From NCBI RefSeq assembly GCF_009914755.1, contig NC_060930.1: 64,000 bases of DNA, one strand, 5' to 3'. Numbering within the stretch: the first letter of the stretch is position 1; each line of letters starts with the position of its first letter. The translations under genes and the position numbers were made by a program. This DNA comes from the human T2T-CHM13v2.0 reference genome, Homo sapiens. The notes under the pieces were generated by a model. The model was not told the DNA's origin, did no database searches, and saw only the letters and a program-made list of their open reading frames with translations. Below are positions 1-17,100 of this stretch, piece after piece.

Positions 1-2905
1 GAAATTTGACTTTATTAATCAATTCATTCTCCAGAATTCCAAAGGGGAAAAGGAAACAAATGTTTCCTCTAAGAGCTTTGGATTTGCTAGTTAATTAGCC
101 AAAGTAAGGTATGAGTTGTACAGTTATGCCTTCCACAAAAGGGGAAATATCCTAAGGTTATGCACATAGAGCTGCCTGGTCCTACATATTTGAAAAGGAA
201 AGGGAAAAGGAAGACCATTTTAATAATCTAAGCAGGAAAGGAACACAGAAACACCCTGCTATATTTTCAAGAGATCAAGGATATATGCTTAAGTCTTTCC
301 TACACTCCAAAAAGTTCCCAACTACAAATATGACAAAATCTGGTTAATTTAATTATTACAAATTAAAGCTATATAATGTTCCAAAATATACTGCAGCCTT
401 ACAAAAACCTAAGCTGTAATCAGAAAAACAGAAAATTTCCCCAAGACTGAAAAACAGAAACCCACAACAGAAGGAAAAGAAGGGTGAGGTCAAGGAAGTG
501 GTGGTTTAGTTGGGGAGAGTTCAGGGAAGGGAAAATCTAATGAGTACATCTGGGATTTCATTTCCTGCTATTTTCTCTAGTCTCTACCTGAGTGGCCTTT
601 TCTTGGCCTAAAATGAATAGCCTTAAATCAAAGTCAAGAGCTACCTAGACCCATGTCTGCTTAAGGCATTTATATTTCTGAGTGAAGAGTTGGAAGTTAT
701 AAGCGATCCTCAGTCCTCTTCCCAAACTCTCATCACTGGCAGACTCCAAGGCTCAGACCTCAAGTGTCTTCTCTTCTCTATCAAATTCATTTTCGGAGTC
801 ATCCCACCCAGTCTTATAGATTTAATAACATCTATGTACAAATAATTCTCACATCTTCCATGAAATCCAGACACAAGAATATCTAATAGTTATTTCAAAC
901 TTCACATATCCAAATCAGAAAATTTTCTTTCCAATCCTCAATCCAAACCTGCTTCTTCCTTTGTGCTTACCATTTCAGAAAAGAGGATCACCCAATCACC
1001 TGTGTTAGGCCCATATGTCCTCCAACTCCTCAGTCAAAACTGTCAGGTTCAAAAATCCCATTGCTTGATGGTGGTGGGAGCCCAAAAGTAAGAAAACAGG
1101 TGCTCAGAGGCTAAGATTTTGCCAGCAGGGAGAACAAGCTGCAGCTTTGGCAATAACCTGGGAACACTAGCAATTTTTAATTATACTTTTTCAGCTCAGT
1201 GAGAAAGTCTCAAAGATTCTAAGTCACCAGGAAATGCAGGCAATGCTGTTGCAGTGTGCAAAAAACTGGAATCAGTGAAATGTAACAGGAGTAGAGTCAG
1301 TATGTTTGATTATTTCCTGATGCTCTAAAACTGTTATTTCCCCATACCCACCCCCAATCTCAAACACATAAATACTTTTTGGGTCTGAAAGTTGTACATT
1401 AACAGGTTCATGTGAGCAGGCAGTAGGGCAAAATTACTCTTGCTTACTTCTTGCTACCTCCTAGGTGCCCTGCCACAGAAAGAGGGGGCCAATTTTGCCA
1501 ATAAAATGATGGCAAAAATGATGTTTGAGGTTTACCTATGGTTTTCAATACCATTTTAAAGATAGGTTTTAATTGATGTAATAGTTTAAAAACACAAAGA
1601 TTTCATCCATATCTACCATCTATGCAGTTAGAAAAATGAGACTCAAAGTAATTAAAATACTTCAGGAAGGCTGATGAGGATAAATGTCTAGCACTAGAAT
1701 TGTAATCATGGGGAGTTCTCCATTCCTTACTCAAAAACGGCTCAAGCCAAGAGTGCCTAGGTTTAAATGTTAACTCCATGATCTACCAGCTGTATGACCT
1801 TGACACATTTCCTCCCTGGAAAGTGAGCACCGACTCCAGAGAATCGCTGAGAAGATAAAATGAGAGAAAAACAGAGAAGAGTGCAGAGAACAATGCCCAT
1901 GTATTGTCAATGAGGTAAACATGCAGTAATGCAAGAGTTCTTATGATGATGATGATGATGTTTAAAAATCCTGGGATTCAGAAACAAAACAAAATGCTTT
2001 GTAATGTGAAAATACTAAGGAATAAATGGAGATCTGGATCTAATTATCTTTTCTGTTTCAAGATGGTAAAAAAAATTCCTAAGCATCCTAGTGACATATC
2101 TTAATATACAGTATAAATCCAAATACATATGTACTGAGAGGAAATCAGGATAAATTTTTAGTTTATCCACTTTTAGAAACATCTAAAACAAGGAGTAAAA
2201 TAAAAAATCTAGATATTATTAAGTTTTTATTAGTGATCCCCATTACAAATTCTTATAGGTATATTTGCATATAGCTTACAAATCCAGAATAAGTAAATAG
2301 GTTAAAACAGCTAAGGATGCTAAAGTATTTGCATTTCACATAACACTTCAAGAGGATGGTCTGACTGAAAGTAGCTAAAACTGCACAGTCACGCTTTCTG
2401 ACTCATCTCCTTTGCAGTTACTTCTGTTTTCAGTCTTTCTCACTCATGGGCCTATTTCTTATTTAGATTGCCACTAGAAATGCCTTGAGTGCTTCATATA
2501 AAGTCATTCAAGTAATCCTGAATCACCATAACTGATTTATTTTTACTCCATCTCCAAGCTATAATCAGAGTTGCTTTCATGGCAACACGTCATAACACTG
2601 ATTTTCTCCAAATGTGTACGTTTAGAAAAGACACAGGCTTTAGACGCATGTTGAATAGGGTGGCTCTAGCAGGCACTACTGGCTGCACCTAACCAAATCC
2701 AGAAGAGGACACAAAGCCTCAGTTCAAGCTCATATATGGCATTAAAAGCAGGGAAATGTCGGCAGAGGCCAAAAGGTTCTAGAAGCCTGCACAGGAATTG
2801 TGTGAGACAAGGAGCCAACAGCCTTCTCACTACCAACTCTGACAACGTCCAGTCTCTCAGACAACTGACAGGAGATGCAGTAAGACACCCTGAAGACCTC
2901 TCCCA

Positions 2906-3462
2906 GCTGGATGTGGTGGCTCATGCCTATAATCCCAGCACTTTGGGAGGCCGAGGTGTTCTCTTGAGCCCAGGAGTTCAAGACCAACCAGGACAACACA
3001 GACAGACTCCACCTCTACAAAAAAAAAGTTAAAATTAGCCAGGCATGAGGCGTGGTAGCGGGCACCTGTAGTCCCAGCTACCCAGAAGGCTGAGGCAGGA
3101 GAATGGCGTGAACCGGGAGGTGGAGCTTGCAGTGAGCCGAGATTGAGCCACTGCACTCCAGCCTGGGCGACAGAGTGAGACTCCGTCTCAAAAAAAAAAA
3201 AAAAAAAAAATTAGCCAGGCATGCTGGCACCTGCCTATAGTCTAAGCTACTCAGGAGGCTGAGATGGGAAGGTTGAGCCCAAGAGGTTGAGGCTGCAGTG
3301 AGCCGTGATTGCGCGACTGCACTCCAGCCTGGGTGACAGAGCAAAACCCTGTCTCAAAAAAAAGAAAACTCCTCGGTGGAGCTTGCAGTGAGCTGAGATC
3401 GCACCACTGCACTCCAGCCTGGGCAAGAGAGCAAGACTCCGTCTCAAAAAAAAACACTCCTC
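2906..3462 (+). mobile_element. Composite Alu: AluJ-like host plus two 5'-truncated AluY-like inserts (3048-3206, 3375-3454)
   Basis: AluY diagnostics (GAATGGCGTGAACC, GGAGCTTGCAGTGAG); TSD AAAATTAGCCAGGCATG at 3031-3047/3207-3223; ACTCCTC flanks the second insert. Confidence 0.85.
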
Positions 3463-3944
3463 AGAATGGTTTTTTGCCCATGCAACTGAGTAATCTCCAC
3501 TGCTATTTGCTGCCCTCTAATCTCCCTCTCTTCCAACAGATCCTTCAGGAGAGAGGGTGAGGCCATCCTCAGATTCCCCACCAGCAGTCATCAGCAGATG
3601 TCAGCAGAACACCATGGGTTAGGCCCAAATTCAGGCCCTAATCACCTCACTGCTAGGCTGCCACAGCTACCTAACTGTCCTGCTCTCCTGATGTACCCTG
3701 CACATGTTTAATCCTCCTAAAATCATGCTATGATCACACTACTCACCTATTACAGTGTCTTCAGAAGCACAGAAAAGAAAGCTTAAACCAGTGGTTGTCT
3801 GAAATGTATGTTGGCCCCTAACTATTTTTTCCAGCTTTATCTTGTATTTCTCTCATATAAATCCCCACATCCAGTCAGTTCTCAGCACTTTTGCTTACTC
3901 CACTTCCCGGACCCAGCATCTGCTACCCAGCCAATTCCTATCCC

Positions 3945-4246
3945 TTTTTTTTTTTTTTTTTTTCAGACAGTGTCTTGCTCTGTCACTCAGGCTGGAGTAC
4001 AGCAGCATGATCATGGCTTACTGCAGCCTGGAACTCCGGGCTCAAGTGATTCTCCCACCTCAGCCTCTCAAGTAGCTGGGACTACAGGCGTGCACCACCA
4101 TGACTGGCTAATTTGTTTTTAATTTTTAGTAGAGATAGGGTCTCCCTATGTTGCCCAGGCTGGTTTCAAACTCTTGAGCTCAAGTGATCCTCCCACCTCA
4201 GCCTCCCAAAGTACTGGGATTCCAGGTGTGAGCCGCCACGCCCAGC
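3945..4246 (-). mobile_element. Alu (J-like)
   Basis: Reverse Alu dimer with T-tract. Confidence 0.9.
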
Positions 4247-4625
4247 ACTACCCATATTTTAAAGCCCAACTCAATCCCAACTTTTCCATAAAGTAATTAT
4301 GCCTTAACCAACCTATTTAGGGGTGGGGGTCCCCTCTTTGTTCTCTGAATTCCTATAATGCTTACTAATTGTACCAGTCATCATTAGCTATCTTTCATAT
4401 ATCATTCACTCAGTCAATAGTATTCACTCAGATGCCAAATGCCAAACGCCAGATGCCAGGAGATATTCTAGAACCCTTGATATGGGCCTCAAAGAATTCA
4501 TGGTCTAGGGGAGGAGGAATAAAAGGAAGAAACTACTATTTATTGTTTATTCTATGCAGGTCTTTCCATATGTCAGCTCAGTTCATCCTCATGACTCTAT
4601 ATGGTAGCTATTGTTATCACTTTAT

Positions 4626-6250
4626 TTATTTTTTATTTTTCCAGAAGTTATTGAGGTACAGGTGGTATTTGGTTACATGAGTAAGTTCTTTAGTGGTGAT
4701 TTGTGAGATTTTGGTGCACCCATCACCCAAGCAGTATACATTGTACCATACTGTTGGCTTTTATCCCTCGCCCTCCTCATACTCTTCCTCCCAAGTCCCC
4801 ACAGTCCATTTTATCATTCTTACGACTTTGAGTCCTCATAGCTTAGCTCCCACATGTCAGTGAGAACATATGATGTTTGGTTTTCCATTCCTGAGTTACT
4901 TCACTTAGAATAATAGTCTCCAATCTCATCCAGGTCACTGCAAATTCTGTTAATTCATTCCTTTTTATGGCTGAGTAGTATTCCATCGTATAGATACACC
5001 ACAGTTTCTTTATCCACTCGTTGATTGATGGGCATTTGGGTTGGTCCCACAATTTTGGAATTGTGAATTGTACTGCTATAAACACACGTGTACAAGTATA
5101 TTTTTCATATAATGACTTCTTTTCCTCTGGGTAGATACCCAGTAGTGGGATTGCTGGATCAAATGGTAGTCCTACTTTTAGTTCTTTAAGGAATCTCCAC
5201 ACTGTTTTCCATAGTGGCTGATATGGTTTGGCTGTGTCCCCACCCAAATCTCAACTTGAATTGTATCTCCCAGAATTCCCACGTGTTGTGGGATGGACCC
5301 AGTGGGAGGTAATTCAATCATGGGGGTCGGTCTTCCCCATGCTATTCTCATGATAGTGAATAAGTCTCATGAGATCTGATGGGTTTATCAGGGCTTTCTG
5401 CTTTTGCTTCTTCCTTATTTTCTCTTGCCACCACCATGTTAAGAAGTGCCTTTCACCTCCCACGATTCTGAGGCCTCCCCAGCCATGTGGAACTGTAAGT
5501 CCAATTAAACCTCTTTTTCTTCCCAGTCTCAGGTATGTCTTTATCAGCAGCATGAAAACAAACTAATACAGTGGCTGTACTAGTTTACATTCCCACCAGC
5601 AGTGTAGAAGTGTTCCCTGATCACCACATCCACGCCAACATCAACCATTTTTTGATATTTTGATTATGGCCATTCTTGCAGGAGTGAGGTGGTATCACCT
5701 TGCGGTTTTGATTTGCATTTGCCTGATCATTAGTGAAGTTGAGCATTTTCTCCTATGTCTGTTGGCCATTTGTATATCATTGTCTTTTGAGAACTGTCTA
5801 TTCATGTCCTTAGCCCACTTTCTGATGGGACTGTTTGTTTTTTTCTTGCTGATTTGTTTGAGTTCATTGTAGATTCTGGATATTAGTCCTTTGTCAGATG
5901 TATAGATTGTGCAGATTCTCTCCCACTTTGTGGGCTGTCTCTTTACTCTGATGACTGTTCCTTTTGTCATGCAAAAGCTCTTTAGTTTAATTAAGCCCCA
6001 ACTATTTATCTTTGTTTTTACTGCATTTGCTTTTGGGTTCTCAGTCATGAAATCTTTGCCTAAGCCAATGTCTAGAAGGGTTTTTCCAATGTTATTTCTA
6101 TAATTTTTATAGTATCAGGTCTTAGGTTTAAGTCCTTAATCTATCTTGAGTTGATTTTTGTATAAGGTGAGAGATGAGGATCGGTTTCATTCTCCTACAT
6201 GTGGCTAGCCCAAACTTTTCTATTTGTTGAGAAGGGTGTCCTTTCCCTTA
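4626..6250 (-). mobile_element. 5'-truncated L1 (L1PB-like 3' end plus ORF2 C-terminal remnant), split by a THE1 LTR
   Basis: ORFs 4843..5247 and 5695..6048 are ORF2-like (LWKTVWRFLKELK, WDQPKCPS); TSD TTATCACTTTAT at 4614-4625/6251-6262. Confidence 0.9.
5219..5570 (+). mobile_element. THE1 (THE1A-like) MaLR solo LTR
   Basis: TGATATGGTTTGGCTGTGTCCCC...ACTAATACA; 5-bp TSD GTGGC. Confidence 0.92.
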
Positions 6251-6339
6251 TTATCACTTTATAATAAGGAAACTGATTCTCAGAGAATTGAAATATCTTG
6301 GCAAAGAATACTAAGTGGTTTTTTTTTGGGGGGGGGTTG

Positions 6340-6651
6340 TTTTTATTTATTTATTTATTTATTTATTTTTGAGACGTAGTCTCACTCTATTGCCAAGGCT
6401 GGAGTGCAATGGCACGATCTTGGCTCCCTGCAACCTCCACCTCCTGGTTCAAGCGATTATCCTGCTTCCACCTCCCGAGTAGCTGGGATTACAGGCGTGT
6501 GCCACCACACCTGGCTAATTTTTGTACTTTTAGTAGAGAAGGGGTTTTGCCATGTTGGCTAGGCTGGTCTCAAACTCCTGGCCTCAAGTGTTTTGCCCAC
6601 CTTGGTATCCCAAGGTGCTGGGATTACAGGAGTGAGCCACCATGCTCGGCC
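6340..6651 (-). mobile_element. Alu (S-like)
   Basis: Reverse Alu with (TTTA)n tail. Confidence 0.9.
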
Positions 6652-6669
6652 ACCAGGTAGGTATGTTTT

Positions 6670-7123
6670 TATTCTCTGCTGTCACTGTAACCCTCTCAGA
6701 TTGTCTGTCCATCTCTTCCTTGCTCAGTCCCTGGGAGACTGATGGCTGTGATCTGCATCACCCAAGTTCCTTTGCCCTCCAGCTTCTAGGTAGGTTGGGT
6801 CAACAGGAGATACCACTGAGAGCACGAGCTAAGAGAGCAGTATATTTATTCGCCCTGCTCCCTCCTGACTCACTAGGTTCTGGCAGTAGCTGCAACCCTC
6901 AGGCACCATCCTTGTGGAAGGGCTCTTCCATGGCTCCAGCTCTTCCTACCAGGATCAATTAAGACCAATGCCCTCTGCTGCCCCTTAGACCAGGAGTTGA
7001 AGGTAAGTAGGCTCCACCTATAGGCTGATGAAGCACCTTAGCCCTGCCCACATTTCTGTAAATAGTGCCTTCATTAAACTCTCTTCAGTTAAATCCTCTT
7101 AGTGTGCTGTTTCCTGCAGATAC
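6670..7123. mobile_element. Ancient ERVL-type LTR remnant (LTR33-like)
   Basis: Terminus resembles recalled consensus (reverse TGTATC..CAGGAAACAG..GAGAGTTTAATGAAGG). Confidence 0.5.
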
Positions 7124-9437
7124 ACAGAGCAGGATTTGAACCCACGTGAGTCTTACTGCAGAGACCTCCTTTTTTGCTGGGGTAGCTGCTATGTTGGAGG
7201 TTTGTACCTAGTGCTGAGAATCAAAACTAAGGGCACCTCACTCTGATAGGAAGGATCAGAAAAGACTTCACCTGACCTATCCGAGCATGAGTCAGTCTCA
7301 AAAGATGAACTGAAGTTTACCAGGCAAACAAAGAATAAGGAAAAACATTCAAGGGCAAAGTAGACAGCAGGTTCAAAGTCACAGAGGCATAAAGACTATG
7401 TCTTATTAACCAAGGCAGTTATGTAGAGGGCTTGTGAGAGAATAATGATGGTTGAGAGTTTCTAAACTTTAATGATAGTCACTTACTTCTCAATCCTGAT
7501 CCACATGGGGAGATTAGAAGAAGCAAAGAATTAGCTAGACTCCTGGCAAGAGAAACAATTCACCTATTCCCTACCTTCAACTGATGCCTATTACACAAAA
7601 TAAGTTCAAATATTTAGCATAATGTACAAGCCCTTTCTAATCTGGCCTCTACCCAACCCACCAGTCTGATGTGCCAGCACCACCTCAAGCTGTTCACTGA
7701 GAATGCCATACCCTCCCACATCTCTGTGCTTTTATATATGTTTTTCTCATGCAGAAGATACCTACTTCTACTTTGTACTTGGTAAATTCCTCCTTATCTC
7801 TCAGGACTCATCTCAGGTGTCTGCTTATCTGTAAATATTTCTGGAGATCCAAGATGATTCCATAATGCCTTGTGTATAACTCTAGAACAGTACTTTCAAA
7901 GCACAGAACATGCATTATAATTGCTTGTTTTCATGTCTGTTGATTGACTCGACTGTGATTTCCTAGTGACCAGGTACTACAGGAAAGTAACAGATGGTAG
8001 AGGTACATGCTTGGGTTCTGGAGGCAGGCCACCTAGATCCAAATCCTAAACTCTACCCCAAACAACTAGATAACCTGAGGCAAGTTATGTATCCTCTCTG
8101 GGGCTCAGTTTCATTATCCATAAAATGGGAATCATAACATCTACCTCATAGAATTGTTAAATAAGTGACATAAAATAATGCCTGTTACACATTTAGCCCT
8201 CAGTAACTGTTAGTTAACACATATCTGTATGTCCCTTATTTTCTACATAAAATGCATGTTTGTTGAATGAGTAAATTTTCCTACCATTTCATATTTCTCT
8301 GCATAGATACCAAATTCTACTTAGCCTTTGTTTTATTGAATCATGAAAAATAAACCCTCATTTCTAAATATGTACTTTTTTTTCAATTGGTTATGATAAA
8401 CAGATCCTTTTCTGTAAAGGAATTTAACTTCTTTCCATTGTTGTTGGCCTGGTTACTGAGTCAGACATTCTCTTGGCCTTCGCACAGTCTCCACATGTGC
8501 CTGCCACACAGTTACCCCCACAGAAGGGCAGTTCTGTTTCAATAATTTACAAAGACATTTTCAAGCCAAATCTTGATGGCTCCCCTATGTTGGCACAAGA
8601 AACAACAACAGGCTCCCCACAGCATAGAGATGAGCCATACAGACACTTTTTTCTAATGCCAAAGCAAATAAAATTATTGCAGTCATAAAATTACTTTACA
8701 AGTTTTAAAATGGCATTTTCTAAGCCCCAGCCTTGGTAAAAAGCCCATGAGCCAGAACCAAGGAAAGAAAAATCAGAGCACACAGAACAACGTGCTCAGG
8801 ATGTGAGAAGGGGATGAAGACCAGCTCCTAGTTGAGCCCTGAGTTTCTGAAGAAAGGTGGCATTGTGGCCAACAGGGCACCAGGTTAGAAAAAGACAATG
8901 GTGCTGCCTTATAACAATATAAAGGCCACACCTGAGAAGGCCAGGACACTTAGAGTTACCCTAGGCTGGGTGTGGAGGGACGCACAGGCCTCACTGGCTC
9001 AAGAGCCTCCAGGAGGAGTTCAGCCACTGCTACTGCCCAAGACTCCAGCCCCACCTTCCTTCACTGCTTCTCCTATCCTGACACTGGTTTTGTTGTCATC
9101 CTCTTCATCAGTTCTCTCATTACCACACCTAGATTTGTTGACTCTATGTCCCCATCCTCATTCTAGAACTCCAGCTTCAGCAGGGCTGGGAGTTCACCAG
9201 CTTTCATATCAGCTGCCTGACAGTGACTAACTCTTGCTTTTTTGTCAACTATCCATCCTAGAACATTCTATGAAACCCTATTCCTTGCTGAAACTCATAT
9301 GAGTACGCTGCCACTTGTTGGGAATAACAACAACCTAATTATTCAAAGTTAATCTGATAATGTTTTTAAACTAAAAGAACAACCACATGATTTGACAGTG
9401 AATTTAATATTTTTATAAAAGACAGTTCTCTACTTAC

Positions 9438-9638
9438 AGGCCTCCTGATTGAAGCACCTTGAACAGAGTGATAAAATTCTGGCTGGACTCGGCTGCTCTT
9501 CTTGATTCTTCGTTTCCTCACTGAAGTTTCTTGCTCACTCTGATGGTGAACTTCCACCACGGGCTTCACTTCTTCCAGACGGGCAGCTGCGGCCGCTGCA
9601 ACTCGTCTTCTAAGATGCCGAGGGCTTGCTCTGAATCC
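9438..9638 (-). CDS. DST: Dystonin coding exon 3 (201 nt; GFRASPRHLRRRVAAAAAARLEE...GASIRRP)
   Basis: Acceptor ttttctgccacag|GGATTC, donor CCT|GTAAGT; phase 0-0; lies within ORF 9366..9656(-); matches recalled dystonin sequence. Confidence 0.95.
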
Positions 9639-10264
9639 CTGTGGCAGAAAACACAACCAAGCAAATCCAGATTTGTATTGAGTTAGTCTGGAAGTTCTCC
9701 ATGGCTAGTTATACAAAGAGCTCCAAAAGTCACTATATTCAGTGAGATCACGTGCACTCCCAAAGTGAGCATGGAGGAGGCTTAACGTGCAAGTTAAGTT
9801 TTCCCCACAAGTGTTCTTTAAAGCACCCCAGTATTTCAGGGCCCAGAGTTATTCTACATTAAGAAGTGTTCTTAATTGAGTAAAGCCAGTCCAAAAAAAA
9901 AAAAAAAAAGGAGGGAAAAAAAGCAGGTGGGCACACTGCTTGACTGAAGCATCAGGGAGACTGTGAAGAAGGGCGTTTCCATTTTGGCCTGAAGTAGAGT
10001 GTAGGGAGCGGGACAGGATATCATTCCAGGGTAAAGTGCCACTTTACATTCCTGAGAGAGACTCTTTCTGAGGAAGGAAAGAGCAGGAATGCCAATCATC
10101 ACTGCAAAACACCACAAAGTGAGGGTTCCAAACTCAAATGGAAGCAACGAGGTGGCACAAAGGGTATGGGTTTGGGCGTCAGATGGGCCCGGGTCCAAAT
10201 GCTGACTTCTTAATTACAGCTACACAATGTATTAAATATTTCTGAGTCCAACTGTTCTAACCTA

Positions 10265-10710
<446 letters not shown>

Positions 10711-12479
10711 CTAAGCATGGTATCTGACACATAGGAAGTGCTTAATAAAATTGTCATTTTCCTCTTCTTTAGAGCAAGATGAGTATAAGGACAACTCAGA
10801 CAACGGAAACATGTCAGCTAAGTCATATTATGCAACTGAGAACATGCAATTTTGGAAAATATCAATAATTACATAAAATAGTCTTGGTCCTCATGGCTTA
10901 CAATTTACTGGAGAGCAGAAGGAGAAATCTAACATAGAGTTCATAAACACATGGGAATGTGTAATGAAGGGTTAAAGTGGTTAAAGTAGTAGACTCTCAG
11001 CGCTAGCAGATCTCAGAGAAGGAAATCAATGAATGAAGCTGAGTATAGTTACATTTGGCTTAGTTGAGTGGGTGGCATTTGAAGAATGAATTGAATTTAT
11101 ATTGAAGACAAAGGAAACAACATAAGAAATGAATGAATAATACATAGATGATAGACAGATGGGTGGAGTATTTACAACAATAAGAAACGTTATTTGATAA
11201 TGTGCTGGTATGAGGGTACAAGCTAAATATGGTGGGAAACTAGTGAGAGATAAACACTAAATGATCCAAGAAGGGCTTCTTTCAGTTTGTGTGTCTTCTG
11301 AATTTTTGAAGATGTATAAAAGGCTTAAAGTCTGCAGTAAATGCATAAAAAATGAGGAGTAAGAATTTCAGAGAGATAAACAGTATGAGAAAAGGCATAA
11401 TAATGATTCTGTGGGATTCTGAAAGATAAATGTGTACAGTGGGATTCTCACTGAGGGAGCCGGAAGATGGGCTACTGTCCAATTATGGAGAGCCTGTACA
11501 CCAGGCTGAAGGATATGAAGAAGGAGATAATTTTTAAAAAAGGAGGGGGTTAACCCCAGAGTCAAAAGTAGCAATGAGGTCAACAGAAATCGGTAAGGAG
11601 AAAATGCAAATGGATTTGGCAAAACCGAGGTCATTGTTTGGGCTCTCCTAATCCATCCGCAAATACTTTAGTCTTGTTCCCATCCCGCCCCTGCGTGCAA
11701 GCTCAGCTGGTCCTCTTCAACCGAAAATAGTCCCAGAACATCCCCACCACTCCCACGTAACTCAGGAGGTACTACAGCAGCTGCTGGAGAAGAGGATTAA
11801 GGAGAAGAGGGAACTGGGCCAAATGCTGAACCAAATTCTAGGGCAGTTTAGACCACACACATCAAAACCAACAACCATACAGGCTGCTTTTAATGCAGCT
11901 TCCTGGACATTCCCCATCCACCCACCCGCCCCCTCCACCCTCTACACACACACATTCATTCTCTCTCTCTCTCTCTCTGTCTTTCCTTCTCAATCTCATT
12001 TTTTAACAAGCTTCTCTGATAATTTTTCTACACTTTGAAGACTAAGAATCTCTAGGAACCAGAGTTTAGTTTGACCACTAGATGGCATTATCTCCCATAG
12101 CCCCTGCATTCTAATTCAGAAATTTGGTGTTCTGGTAGAATGAACAAAATATTTGATGATATAGTAGCTTCTGTAATAGTGGAGTAAGTTCAGTACATTT
12201 CTTTGGTAAGAATGTAGATTCTCTTATGAGTAATAAGCAACCAGATTTTGCTTAACTGGTATTATTACCAATAGTCCTCAGTGGACTACAAATTCTAGAA
12301 ACACTTAGGGAGAAAAACTGCATAAAACTTCGCTAAAGTAACCAAATGACAGAGATTAAAACATGCTGGCACAGCCATTCTGCAAAACAATAACTCAGTG
12401 AATTCACATCCCTGTATCTACCCTAGAGAAATTCTACCAAGAGTGCCCAGTAAGATATTCAATGCAGAATTATTTATGA

Positions 12480-12776
<297 letters not shown>

Positions 12777-13768
12777 AAAAATTCTAAACCACTTAAATCA
12801 GTCTTTCCTAAACTTCAGGCATCTTCATTCCACCTTAACATTTTTTCTCCAGATCTGAGCACTGCCTCAGTTATTTCTTTTATACCCAAATTTACTTGTA
12901 CTATTTTAAAATAACTATTTATAAGCACTGTGGTATACTACACAGACTCTGCAGCCACTATCTGGGTTCTAATACTGCCTTTGTCACTTCCTAGTTGTAT
13001 GATCTTGAATAGTTACTTAATTATTTCCTCACCTATAAAATAAGGATTAAAATAGTAATTCATAGGGTTGCTGAAAAGAATAAAGTAATGGAGGTAAAGT
13101 ACTTCAAAGAGTACCTAGCACGTAGTAGTACAGAAACATTCACTATAATTACTATGGATATTACTTGTGTGAATAAAATATAGTCTTGAACACAATAGTG
13201 TATTATTCATACTATCTAAAAAAGAAATCAGGTGGAAATAGGAAAATGAGTCACATTGCTGGTGTGCCTTGAAGACAGACACATGTGAGGTACCGATCAT
13301 TAGGAGAGAGTTCTTTGTTACTCTCCAGTGAGTCAAACTACCTGGGTTCAAATATAATACCAGCTCTATTACTTACTAGGTGTGTGGTCTTGGCTAAATT
13401 ACTTCTCTGTGCCTTGCTTCTTCTTTAATTTGTCAAATGCATATAACAATACGTCTCTCTTGTAGAGTAATGGGGTGTTTAAATGAGATAATCCACATTA
13501 CGTACTCAGAACAGTACACAGCATAGAAAAAATACTTAATACATTATTATCATTATTATTACTGCTTCACTTCCTGGATCTGGCAGCAGCAATTTACACA
13601 TCAGCAGCTCACAGCTATGATTACAAACACTATAAACAACGATGACCGTTCACCTTTATTTCCCTAAATAACTGTAAGGAATTACAGCTCCTTGATTTAT
13701 GACACTTTCTTCTCCTAAGTAATATTAAAAAAAAGCCATGTCTTTTAACAGAGGAAATTTTAGCTTGA

Positions 13769-14106
<338 letters not shown>

Positions 14107-14269
14107 AATAAGAGTTACTCTTCAACCATTAGGTGATGGACACTTGGAAGCCTGTCAGTAGTGGACTTCTATCATTTTTAGGACACCCCAAATTATCAGC
14201 ACCTTTTGGATAATCATTTCCCAAGATGTGCACTCGTGTGTGTGTGTGTGTGTTTGTGTGGTGTGTATG

Positions 14270-15985
<1,716 letters not shown>

Positions 15986-16905
15986 ATACATAGTTACACC
16001 AAGATGCTCCAGAGCCCACTCTAGATCTTCCCTCTTAATAATAACCCAGTACATCTCATGGGTAAGCCCATAACCAAGACTCAGTGAATTCAAATTTCTC
16101 TGCTTGGACTGTGAATATTACATGGAGGCAAGTAAAGACTGAAAAAAATCAGGAGTTCATTAGTTCCAATGGCTACACCAAAGACCTTCTGAAGCTGCCT
16201 GGTTTTGTTTGTTCTAACCAGACATCCAGTCTTGATTGTGAGTTCCACAATCTAGTTGTATTAAATTCTCTATTGGCTTAAGTCAGACAGTCAGGTCCTG
16301 TTACCTACAAACAAAAATCTGTAACGCACACAATTTTTGTTAAAGCTTGCAAGTGGTTAGCTATTTTCCTTGGAGGTTGAATTCTCAGACAACCAGGCTG
16401 TTTGGTTGTGTATGTGTAGATGGGCATAAAAAGGGAGGAAATATTAATAGCAATAATTTACTTAGCGCCATTTAGGCACTTAGCCTATATACACCCTGCA
16501 GAAACAAGCAAACAGGCTTTTCAGGGTTAAGTAATCTGCTTAAAGGCAAAAAGTTGCAATTAGAAAAGCCCAGATTAGAACCCAGGTTTATCTAACTCCA
16601 ACCAGTGCCCTTCAACATTCTGCTCTTATGTAAAGAGATTATAAGGCAGTAATGCATTCAGAATTAATCTTCTACATGTATCCACAGGACTGGAAGTGCT
16701 CAGGAATATATGTTGACTGATTAAAACAAGAAAAGATCTATTAACAATTTAGATGAATGAGGCAGAAATTGGAAAAAAAAATAACATTTTTAGGTAAGCA
16801 TTATTGTTTTATAAGGTCAAACTACTGTCAAGTTTACTGATTACGCATCTGGAAAGAGGAAAAATTAACACGTTGACCCACTGAGCATTGCTATAGAATT
16901 ACTTT

Positions 16906-17100
16906 TCAGCCTGGGCAACATGGTCAAACTCCGTCTCCACCAGCCGGGCGTGGTGGCACACGCCTATAATCCCAGCTATTTGGAAGGCTGAGGCACAAGA
17001 ATTGCTTGAGCCCAGGGGCGGAGGTTGCAGTGAGCCAAGATTGCACCACTGCACTCCAGCCTGGGAGGCGGAGTGAGACTTCGTCAAAACAAAAAAAGAA
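16906..17100 (+). mobile_element. 5'-truncated Alu lacking the A-rich linker
   Basis: CCGTCTCCAC joins directly to CAGCCGGGCG; followed by TA/CA repeat. Confidence 0.8.

Noticed and set aside
4843-6048. 134-aa and 117-aa ORFs as genes
   Set aside because: They are L1 ORF2 C-terminal remnants; the start of one is supplied by the inserted THE1 LTR.
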